Of a stretch of DNA of 64,000 nucleotides, positions 39,670 to 47,960 are shown piece after piece. Source of the stretch: a virus; the IMG/VR virus record IMGVR_UViG_3300035698_018106, positions 166,717 through 230,716 of that record; one strand, written 5' to 3'. Each line of letters opens with the position of its first letter. Position 1 is the first letter of the stretch. A model generated the notes under the pieces. That model was not told the DNA's origin. It did not search any database and was given only the letters and a program-made list of their open reading frames with translations. A program made the position numbers and the translations under genes.

Positions 39670-40409
39670 AAAAAATCTTAATATCTTTTGCTAATAAAAC
39701 ATATGCAAAAAGTTTAAATGAATTATATTCTACTGCTTCTAATCCAGGCGGGGTTGATTCAGTTAATGCTTATACATTCGAATGGATACAAACAACTGAT
39801 TTTTATAAAAAGAATAAATTTATACTAAATCAAAAAAAGGGTGCAGGTTTTTGGATATGGAAACCCTTCATAATCTTAGATGCTTTTAAAAATCTAGAAG
39901 ATGGTGATTTAGTGATGTATAGTGATGCAGGTCTTAATGTAATAGGAAACCTTAATCCATTATTTGAAGTGGCTCAGAATGAAGCTGATAATGGTAGAGT
40001 GTTATTCAGACTACCTCATGTAGGAGCAACACATCTAAATAAAATATGGACAAAACAAGATGCATTTGTATTAACTAATTGTAATGAACAAAAATACAAA
40101 GAAGCAGTAGTAGTAAATGGCGCTATATCAATATGGGAGAAAAACGATATTAATATAGATTTTCTAACAGAATGGCTTAAATATTTAAAAGATCCGAGAA
40201 TATCTACAGATATGGCAAATATATGTGGTCCTAATGATATCTCTTTTAAAGAACATAGACACGATCAATCTGTATTATCTTTAATGGCAAAAAAATATGA
40301 AGTTACTTTATATAGAGATCCTACTCAATATGGTAATGAAGAATTAAATATATTTACTAATTCTCTGTATCCACAATTATTCCACCATCATAGGAATTAT
40401 AAGCATTAA
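39666..40409 (+). CDS. hypothetical protein
   Basis: ORF only. Confidence 0.35.
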   Translation: MKKILISFANKTYAKSLNELYSTASNPGGVDSVNAYTFEWIQTTDFYKKNKFILNQKKGAGFWIWKPFIILDAFKNLEDGDLVMYSDAGLNVIGNLNPLFEVAQNEADNGRVLFRLPHVGATHLNKIWTKQDAFVLTNCNEQKYKEAVVVNGAISIWEKNDINIDFLTEWLKYLKDPRISTDMANICGPNDISFKEHRHDQSVLSLMAKKYEVTLYRDPTQYGNEELNIFTNSLYPQLFHHHRNYKH

Positions 40410-40714
40410 TAAAAAGTATTATTGAGTTCTCTAATTGCATCATAACCTTTTTCAATAGTATTACACATACTAATAAAGCTATTGACCTCAGATTGGTCTA
40501 GATTAAAGAATTCACGTGCTACACGCTTATGTTTATATCTATTATGCAAAGTTGTTTCTATTTTCCTATTATGCTTAGTTTCAAAAACTTCTATTATTTC
40601 AAAATTATCAGAATTACCAGTTTGTAACTGATATACTCTAGATTGTACTTTGTTTTTAGTAAAACCAATCTTATAATAACCACAATCTTCTTTAATTAAA
40701 TATATCTTACTCAT
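40406..40714 (-). CDS. T5orf172/GIY-YIG-superfamily domain protein
   Basis: IYLIKEDCGYYKIGFTKNKVQSRVYQLQTG resembles the T5orf172 (MUG113) domain. Confidence 0.45.
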   Translation of the reverse strand: MSKIYLIKEDCGYYKIGFTKNKVQSRVYQLQTGNSDNFEIIEVFETKHNRKIETTLHNRYKHKRVAREFFNLDQSEVNSFISMCNTIEKGYDAIRELNNTFY

Positions 40715-40755
40715 AATATTATTATATAAGATATTTATTCACTAGAAAAGAGCAT

Positions 40756-40786
40756 AAAAAAGGAAGAACTTAAGTTCTTCCTTTTA
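40756..40786 (-). terminator. rho-independent terminator downstream of the capsid gene (ggaagaac-ttaa-gttcttcc flanked by an A-run and a T-run)
   Basis: 8-bp perfect GC-containing stem; the minus-strand T7 run follows; located between the capsid stop at 40810 and the next gene. Confidence 0.7.
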
Positions 40787-40809
40787 ATTTATTGAAATAT
40801 GATTTATTC

Positions 40810-42561
40810 TTAGATTACTCCACCTGGATTAGTCTTGATAAATAGTGTCATATATTGTGTTTCTGGATGGAATCCTGCATCAACAAGAGCATATCTTGAT
40901 TTGATGATTACTTTAGGAGCACCAGTTCCTTCAGTGATAAGCTTAATAGATTCAGCCATTAAATAAGGGCAAAATACAGTTCCTGGCTCATCAGAAGCAC
41001 CTTTACGTCCAACTAATACTCTTGTATCTTCATAAACCATGTTAGGATCAACATAAACAGTCATTCCTGCAATAGTTCCTAAAGGATAAAGAGATCCATT
41101 AGTTTGTGTGAAAGTGTTTGCCATAGGCGAGAATGTGTATTGAGAGTTTGTTTGTAAAGCAGTAGCTAATTTAAGGTTAGTAACAATAAAGTTAGCAGGA
41201 CCTCTTCTACCTCTTTGAGCAACAACGTTACCAGCAGCAAGGATATCAGCCATAATTCTCTTGATTACAGTATCTTGATTCTCGAAAGAAGAAGTTGCAC
41301 CAGGAGCGTATATTTTATAACCTTTAAGATCCATAGATTCGTTTTGAACCGCACCATCATCTGGATAAGCATATGAAGGAGTTCCACCAATTGTATCAGC
41401 TTCTTTTGTTAAGTCAATATTTAAATTGATACCTTCAACAGCATTAGCTTTAATAGCGTTTTTCCAACCTAAACCGAAGATTCTTGAAAGGATGTGTTTG
41501 TTAATAGATTGAGAGATTTCGTTAATACCGGCATTTTCAACCATAGCAATAACATCAATACCCCATTGTTTGTTAAGATCTTTGATCTGTTCTTGAGTTA
41601 CAGAAACAGAAACTTGATAAGTTCCAACTTGAACGAATTTAGTAAATACCTGAAGACCTAATGCTCTTGGATATTCTAATTCTCCAACTCCTCTTTCCAT
41701 TGGTTCGTAAAGAGTAGTTCCTGATACGAAAGTACCAGCCCATTCATCACCATCAGTTGGACCTGCACCAGTAAAACCTTGTACTTGATCTTCTAATGTA
41801 GATATTAAAGAAGGATAAGAAGCAATACCACCAGTTGTTACACCGTCACCTGATACAGCAGTTGAACCATCAAATACATCAGCTAAATTAGCAGCAGTAC
41901 CTGTGAAACCACCAGTTTTGAACATACCGAATCCATCAATTCTAGATTTTCCGATATAAGTACCAGTTACTTCGTTTGTTGTACCGAAAGTAATAACATC
42001 ACCTTCAGCAATTGTAGATGCATCAACACCGTTTAAGTTTACCTTAAATGCGTGAGGAGCTTCATAAAGATTATAAGCAGGATTTCCTTTTCCAGCTGCA
42101 GTTGTTCCTTCATCTTTTGTAGGATTGGCAGTTGCAGGAGAATTAGCAGGTTGAGCACCATATGGTTGTTTTCCACCAGCATATACGTAATCTAAATAAG
42201 ATACAACACCTGTTGGACCTGGCATAGGAACTACGTTAACTATATCAAAACCTATTGTTCTTGCAGCAACCTGAAGAGCCATAGGAAGTAAAGCTGGCCA
42301 TTTGTCTCCAGAACCTTTTACACCGTCACCAGTAAATTGTGCGCCAGAAGTAGCAGCTTGACTTGCAGGCTGAGCGTTTCCAACACCAGGTACGTTATAA
42401 AGAGTTGCATATGGAGTAGATACACCACCCATTGCAGCTTCATTTAATGCATGATAATGAGCATACTTAGATACCCAACTTTGACGAGATTTAACAACTC
42501 CAACTTCCTCTAACATAGGATTCCATTTTGCTTGGATTTGAGCTTCATTTAATTGTTTCAT
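40810..42561 (-). CDS. major capsid protein, T4 gp23-like
   Basis: N-terminal AKWNPMLEE resembles gp23 NKWKPLLEG; IGFDIVNVVPMPGPTGVVSYLDYVY resembles gp23 IAFDICGVQPMNSPTGQVFALRAVY. Confidence 0.7.
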   Translation of the reverse strand: MKQLNEAQIQAKWNPMLEEVGVVKSRQSWVSKYAHYHALNEAAMGGVSTPYATLYNVPGVGNAQPASQAATSGAQFTGDGVKGSGDKWPALLPMALQVAARTIGFDIVNVVPMPGPTGVVSYLDYVYAGGKQPYGAQPANSPATANPTKDEGTTAAGKGNPAYNLYEAPHAFKVNLNGVDASTIAEGDVITFGTTNEVTGTYIGKSRIDGFGMFKTGGFTGTAANLADVFDGSTAVSGDGVTTGGIASYPSLISTLEDQVQGFTGAGPTDGDEWAGTFVSGTTLYEPMERGVGELEYPRALGLQVFTKFVQVGTYQVSVSVTQEQIKDLNKQWGIDVIAMVENAGINEISQSINKHILSRIFGLGWKNAIKANAVEGINLNIDLTKEADTIGGTPSYAYPDDGAVQNESMDLKGYKIYAPGATSSFENQDTVIKRIMADILAAGNVVAQRGRRGPANFIVTNLKLATALQTNSQYTFSPMANTFTQTNGSLYPLGTIAGMTVYVDPNMVYEDTRVLVGRKGASDEPGTVFCPYLMAESIKLITEGTGAPKVIIKSRYALVDAGFHPETQYMTLFIKTNPGGVI

Positions 42562-42591
42562 AATTATTAATTATTTTGTTATTTTTTAATT

Positions 42592-42599
42592 TATTTATA
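42592..42599 (-). promoter_or_regulatory. T4-type late promoter box TATAAATA ~30 nt upstream of the capsid ATG
   Basis: Exact octamer on the minus strand. Confidence 0.45.
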
Positions 42600-42649
42600 T
42601 TTTACATTTCAAGTGATAAATGCACTTGTTGCACAATTTTTAAAAATTA

Positions 42650-45040
42650 TTAAGAATTGTATGTTTTCATTTTAGCTTTTACTGCCTCTATATATGGATC
42701 TGATTTATCAGATGCTTGTTTAGATACTTGTTCAGAAGCTAAAACATTTTCATTAAGAGATACAGATTGTTGAGCTTTTAAACCAGTTTGCTGCCAGAAA
42801 TCTTCAATTTGATATTGATTATCTAGATTAAAGAATTCAGCTTTCGCGTTAATTGATTCTTTAATTTCGGTAGTAGCTGCTTCATATGTTTCTTTATAAG
42901 CTTTAGGAGCTAATTCTAACCAAAGTGGTTGACTAGGCGCATTAGATATTAAAGCGTTTTCCCATAATCTCATGATTGTTTCGGACTCAACTGTTGGAAC
43001 TTTGTTAACTGCAACGGAAACCTTTTGTTTATCAGATTCGCTTAGATTTGAAAAACTAGTTCTATTTTCACTACTTAAAAGTTGTGTAAATGGATATTCA
43101 GATTTAACTGTTTCATCTAGGGTTCTTTCTTTTTCTAAACCTTGTACGATAGTAGCTAATCTTTCATCTAATTTCTCTGATCTTGTTTTAAGAGATAAAG
43201 TTCTATTTATTTTTGATTCTTTTAATTTTCCAGCATTTGGAATTTTAGCAAGATTTTGATCACCTTTAGGGCCATCTCCACCAACTGTTTCTTTTCCACC
43301 TTTACCTGCTGTAGATGTAGTATCTAAAACAATATATTTCTTACCATTTTTACCAATAGCAATTTTTGATTCTTTTTTATTGTTTAATGTACTAAGACCT
43401 TTAGGAAGTCCACCTTTAAGAGATGATGCTGGTTTTTGGCTTCTGTTATCTCCGCCTTCTTTAGCAAATTGTTCAACTGAATCTTTTGCTTTAGTATCAT
43501 CTACTTTCCATTTTTTATTCTTATCTATTTTATCAGCTGTTAAAACATCTAAAGTTTTAAGTTTACCTTCAGTGAGTTTTTCATCTGAAATAGAATGTGT
43601 TTCTAACATTTTTTCGATTTTTGATTTTAATTTAGAATTCTTTTTAGATTCTGAAACTATTTCAATATAATCAATCATAGTTTTCGCATCATCTTTACTA
43701 ATAGCTCTTCCAAACATATCTTCTGTATAGTTCGCTGTTTTGTTTAAATTTTTAGCAATTGAGCCAGTCCATTCATGCATTGAATTAACAGCTTTAGCTT
43801 GTGATGAAACCCACTCATGCATATCATTAATTGCAGTTGCTTTTTCTTCACCCCATTCATTAAGCTTATTAACAGATTTTGCAATATCAGTTGTCCATTC
43901 ATTAACACCATTTAGCATTTCACCATTATGGTCTACTGTTTCAGCTATTGCATTTGTAACTTCTGCATTACTACCTACCCAATCCTGAGTAGCATTAAGA
44001 GTTTTAGCATTATAATCTACTGTTTCTACTAATTTTTTAGTTAAACAATAATGTTTGTTGTTTTTCTTTCCTAACGTATCAGCAAAGTTACCAATTTTGT
44101 TGGTATTCTTAGCAATGTCTTCAACCCAATTAATTGTGCCTTCTTGAATCTTACGCATCTTTTCGATATAACCCTTAATGGTTTTTAATTCACCACTGTC
44201 AGATATTCCGTTATTTTCTAGAATAGCATGTTCAACATTGTTAAGTCTTTGAGATAATTCTTCTACTACTTTGTTAAAATTAGATGACCACTCATTTAAA
44301 GCGGCATCGTCTGTAGTACCATTTTTCTTCATAATTTCTTCATTTTTTTGAATTAAAGACTTAGCTTCTTCACGTAATTTTACTGATGGAAACTTTTCAG
44401 TAACATCAATAATAGAAATGTTTTCATTTATTATGCCTAATTCAGAATTAATATTATCTTCCTCCATTTTATCAGAAGATTTATTAAAACTCTCTAAAAG
44501 ATTTGCTATTCTTGCCATTTTAGGATCAGAATTTGCACTTTCATGAATTTGATGTAATTGAGCATTTTCAAACCCTGGCTTAGCAACTAAGTCATAGGTA
44601 TAAATTTGCTGTATTTCAACAGATTTATCTTCATTAACAGAACCTGCGGCTCTTGAAGATATAGAAAGTGGAACTCCTGCTTCTAATAAAGATTTAGCAA
44701 TTTTTCCTTTAGGGGTGCCATCAAGAATTTCAATTCGTCCTAAGATTTGTCTTTTTCCTTGATCATACCATAATTCATCGATTTTATGAGATACATTAGT
44801 TAAAGATACTTCAAATCTCTCCGGATGATCTAACTCACCAAGAAGATTACCATTATCAATATCTTTCTTTAAATACTCTAAATGAGGAAGATATTCTCTT
44901 TCCTCATAAACACGACCATTACGGTTTTCAACACCAAATTCGGCGAAAACACCTTCAAGGATAGTTCTACCATCCTTACTAATCTTTTTGAGATTTTGTG
45001 AAGATCTCTCAAGAATTAATACTTGTTTTCCGCTCATCAT
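42650..45040 (-). CDS. prohead protease (gp21-like N-terminal domain) fused to a long scaffold/core-like region
   Basis: N-terminus NRNGRVYEE...GELDHP...ILGRIEILDGTPKGKIAK...LSISSRAAGSV resembles T4 gp21. The remaining ~600 aa are charged and coiled-coil-like with about 5 EW...AK..N repeats. Confidence 0.6.
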   Translation of the reverse strand: MMSGKQVLILERSSQNLKKISKDGRTILEGVFAEFGVENRNGRVYEEREYLPHLEYLKKDIDNGNLLGELDHPERFEVSLTNVSHKIDELWYDQGKRQILGRIEILDGTPKGKIAKSLLEAGVPLSISSRAAGSVNEDKSVEIQQIYTYDLVAKPGFENAQLHQIHESANSDPKMARIANLLESFNKSSDKMEEDNINSELGIINENISIIDVTEKFPSVKLREEAKSLIQKNEEIMKKNGTTDDAALNEWSSNFNKVVEELSQRLNNVEHAILENNGISDSGELKTIKGYIEKMRKIQEGTINWVEDIAKNTNKIGNFADTLGKKNNKHYCLTKKLVETVDYNAKTLNATQDWVGSNAEVTNAIAETVDHNGEMLNGVNEWTTDIAKSVNKLNEWGEEKATAINDMHEWVSSQAKAVNSMHEWTGSIAKNLNKTANYTEDMFGRAISKDDAKTMIDYIEIVSESKKNSKLKSKIEKMLETHSISDEKLTEGKLKTLDVLTADKIDKNKKWKVDDTKAKDSVEQFAKEGGDNRSQKPASSLKGGLPKGLSTLNNKKESKIAIGKNGKKYIVLDTTSTAGKGGKETVGGDGPKGDQNLAKIPNAGKLKESKINRTLSLKTRSEKLDERLATIVQGLEKERTLDETVKSEYPFTQLLSSENRTSFSNLSESDKQKVSVAVNKVPTVESETIMRLWENALISNAPSQPLWLELAPKAYKETYEAATTEIKESINAKAEFFNLDNQYQIEDFWQQTGLKAQQSVSLNENVLASEQVSKQASDKSDPYIEAVKAKMKTYNS

Positions 45041-45136
45041 TTTTATTTATTTTTACTTTATTTTATATATTAGCAAAATAATAGATAAGAGGAGCGGACA
45101 GTGCACGATAAGAAATAGTGCTCTAGAAAAAAGCAC

Positions 45137-45170
45137 AAAAAAATTGGAGTCTAAACAGATTAGACTCCAA
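45137..45170 (-). terminator. hairpin ttggagtcta-aacagat-tagactccaa followed by T7 on the minus strand
   Basis: 10-bp perfect stem; downstream of the patatin gene stop. Confidence 0.55.
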
Positions 45171-45207
45171 TTAATTATAAATTATTAAAATGTTATTGTA
45201 ATGTTAT

Positions 45208-46245
45208 TTAGAACAATGTAGAATTATACTTAGAATCATTTTTAATTAATTCTTTTGCTAAATTATCTAAAAATTCTTTATGAGATGAAATATAATTGAA
45301 TGCATCTTGACTCAATCTTATCATATTTGTGTTTGATGAATCTTGGCCATCAGTGTTTCCTAAAACTATTTCAGGATTAATTCTAATGTAATTTGAATTT
45401 GCATTATAAGAAGCAAATATTTTTTCTATTTGATATGCAGTAACATCTCCAACACCTTGTAGTAGAATATTTATAAGAGGCATGAACCATCTTATAAGTC
45501 CCCAACCTTTTATTTTCTCATAAGGATAAGTTTGTAATTTAGATAATCCTGTACCAAATGATAACATTAATATGTTCGTTGGATTTATATTTTTAAATTC
45601 ATCAACTAATTCTTTAGTTTTACTAGCTTCTATATATGCTATAAGTGATGGATTATTAGCGAAAACTCCACCATCAATAACAGTATTTAAATTAACACCA
45701 TCTCTGAAAAAAGAAGGTTTAAATATATATGGGATTGAAGTTGATCCTCTTACTATATCCTTAATAAATAGATTTGCATATTTTTTACTACTATCTTTAT
45801 TAGTGTATATAACTGCTTTTCTTTTGCCTGTATCGTATCCTGTAAATGCACATGGAACTAAAAGTTCGCTCATTTTCCAATGATCTAGTTTTTTAACTAG
45901 CTCATCATTTATATATTTGCTGGAATATTTAGGACCTATTAATCCCCATAAAGTTTTAATCTTTCGTTTAAAACTACTTTTAAATACATTTTCTGATAAA
46001 GCTATATAGCTTTGTACTATATCATCCATTTTATATGCAGGTCTACCTTTTTCATCAGGGACTATTATCATTGAAGAAATAATAGATCCTGTAGATGTTC
46101 CAGCACAGAAATCTAGATAATCCGATATTCTAGTATTTTTATTTTGACTTAACTCTATAAGTTTGTTTTCGATATATGCTAATATAATAGCCGGCAATAT
46201 ACCTTTAACACCTCCACCATCAATAGATAGTATTTTTAATTTCAT
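45208..46245 (-). CDS. patatin-like phospholipase
   Basis: DGGGVKG oxyanion motif, GTSTGS (GxSxG) and a later DGGVFANNP (catalytic Asp). Confidence 0.75.
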   Translation of the reverse strand: MKLKILSIDGGGVKGILPAIILAYIENKLIELSQNKNTRISDYLDFCAGTSTGSIISSMIIVPDEKGRPAYKMDDIVQSYIALSENVFKSSFKRKIKTLWGLIGPKYSSKYINDELVKKLDHWKMSELLVPCAFTGYDTGKRKAVIYTNKDSSKKYANLFIKDIVRGSTSIPYIFKPSFFRDGVNLNTVIDGGVFANNPSLIAYIEASKTKELVDEFKNINPTNILMLSFGTGLSKLQTYPYEKIKGWGLIRWFMPLINILLQGVGDVTAYQIEKIFASYNANSNYIRINPEIVLGNTDGQDSSNTNMIRLSQDAFNYISSHKEFLDNLAKELIKNDSKYNSTLF

Positions 46246-46263
46246 ATCGGATAATTATTTTTA

Positions 46264-46995
46264 TTATATATCCAATGTGATGGTCGCTATTTGTTTGCGA
46301 TTATTATCTACCTTTATTAAAAAATTATCATCTATTTGAAATAACTTTACTGTTCCCGGAGCAGTATGACCAAACACTTGGTTAATATTAGGATAAGGAT
46401 CTTTAATTAACTCATTATAATCTGCCCATAATGGACCAGGAGTACCCATGCCTCTTCTGCCGGCGCCAATCTTATATATGATTTCATGATTTATCATGAA
46501 ATTTAATAATTCATGAATCTCATATTTACTAATATCCCCATTTGTTAGTTTATATAATATACTAGTATCATCTTTAGTTGGATTTAATATATAATTATTA
46601 TAATATGTTAACGTTAATCCTGCATGTGTTACTAAAGTATATTTTTGTGTATTAAGATTAGTATATCCCCATGCTATTTTAAATAAATTTTTGTGTTCTT
46701 CAAATATGGCTTTATAATCTATTCTAGCATGCCAATTAAAGCCTTTTATTCCACTCATATCATGAATATATGCCCAATCATGATTACCCAATAAAAGTTC
46801 AACTTTATCTAAATGTGCTAACTTAAAATCGATTATTTTTTTTAAATTATGTATTATTTCAACTGGTCGATGTATATAACTATCTACATAATCTCCAACA
46901 AAAATAATTTTATCTAATTTAGATATATCATATAACTCAACTATTTTGATCCAATCTTCTCTTCCATGAACATCCCCAAAAATTAATATTTCCAT
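46264..46995 (-). CDS. calcineurin-like metallophosphoesterase
   Basis: GDVHG, GDYVD and GNHD motifs. Confidence 0.7.
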   Translation of the reverse strand: MEILIFGDVHGREDWIKIVELYDISKLDKIIFVGDYVDSYIHRPVEIIHNLKKIIDFKLAHLDKVELLLGNHDWAYIHDMSGIKGFNWHARIDYKAIFEEHKNLFKIAWGYTNLNTQKYTLVTHAGLTLTYYNNYILNPTKDDTSILYKLTNGDISKYEIHELLNFMINHEIIYKIGAGRRGMGTPGPLWADYNELIKDPYPNINQVFGHTAPGTVKLFQIDDNFLIKVDNNRKQIATITLDI

Positions 46996-47465
46996 TATGC
47001 CTTTTTTAATTGTTTTGCTAGCGCAACATTTTTATATTTATGAAGATATGTAATTTCTTCAGTACACCATTCTGGTGGGGTAAATTCTTTAGCATGTTCT
47101 TCAGATATAAATTCTATTTCACATGTTACAAAATCATGATCATTATAAATATCTACTTCAAATCTTGTATCTTGTTCAATAAATGTATACCTAGTCTTAT
47201 TAATAGAACTAACACACCTAGCGATAGTATATATATATTCATCCTCTGATATGAAATACCCGATTTCTTCTCTGGATAAGAAACCTTTTGATTTTAATTC
47301 TAGAATAAAAATTTCATTATTAATGCTTCTTACTCTAATTAGCCAATCATCTTTAATCGTATTAAGATAATATTGAGTAATTACTCTAGTCTCTATTGAA
47401 TCAATAGACTTTATCATAGTTTGATACATCTTAATATCTACTAACCATTTTCTTTCTATTTCCAT
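46995..47465 (-). CDS. CYTH-domain protein (triphosphate tunnel metalloenzyme; CyaB/ThTPase-like)
   Basis: N-terminal MEIERKWLV (ExExK signature) and later acidic residues EVDIY...CEIEF. Confidence 0.6.
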   Translation of the reverse strand: MEIERKWLVDIKMYQTMIKSIDSIETRVITQYYLNTIKDDWLIRVRSINNEIFILELKSKGFLSREEIGYFISEDEYIYTIARCVSSINKTRYTFIEQDTRFEVDIYNDHDFVTCEIEFISEEHAKEFTPPEWCTEEITYLHKYKNVALAKQLKKA

Positions 47466-47467
47466 AA

Positions 47468-47680
47468 TTATAATGTTATTGATGTAGATTTACGTAATAT
47501 TATAATAATGCCACCATATTTATTATAATCGTCAGCTGTTACGGATACAGATTGAACTATATTATCAACATATTCCCATCCATCATCAAGTTGTGCTTGT
47601 AAACTATTATTTATATCTTCATTTAATGAAGAAGCCGAACTACCTGTTCTTACTAAAAGAAAAGATTTATATTTATACAT
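47468..47680 (-). CDS. hypothetical small protein
   Basis: ORF only. Confidence 0.3.
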   Translation of the reverse strand: MYKYKSFLLVRTGSSASSLNEDINNSLQAQLDDGWEYVDNIVQSVSVTADDYNKYGGIIIILRKSTSITL

Positions 47681-47960
47681 ACCACATTGGTTTAGTTATA
47701 TTTTCTTTTATTTTTCTCCTTATAGCTATTGATTCATAAGAATATAATATATTATGACACAATGCATTATAAGCATCATCAAAAGAATAAAATATTTGAT
47801 TATTAGTTTTATCTTTTTTATCTTCTAAAAAATAAATTCCAGATTGTTTGTACTTTAAATAATATGTATGATGCTTAAATAACCAATGATATTCATCAAC
47901 ATGTTTATAATATGTGATGGAATAGCGTTTTCTAACTATTTTTAGTAATTTTATTTGCAT
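47673..47960 (-). CDS. hypothetical protein
   Basis: ORF only. Confidence 0.3.
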   Translation of the reverse strand: MQIKLLKIVRKRYSITYYKHVDEYHWLFKHHTYYLKYKQSGIYFLEDKKDKTNNQIFYSFDDAYNALCHNILYSYESIAIRRKIKENITKPMWYV

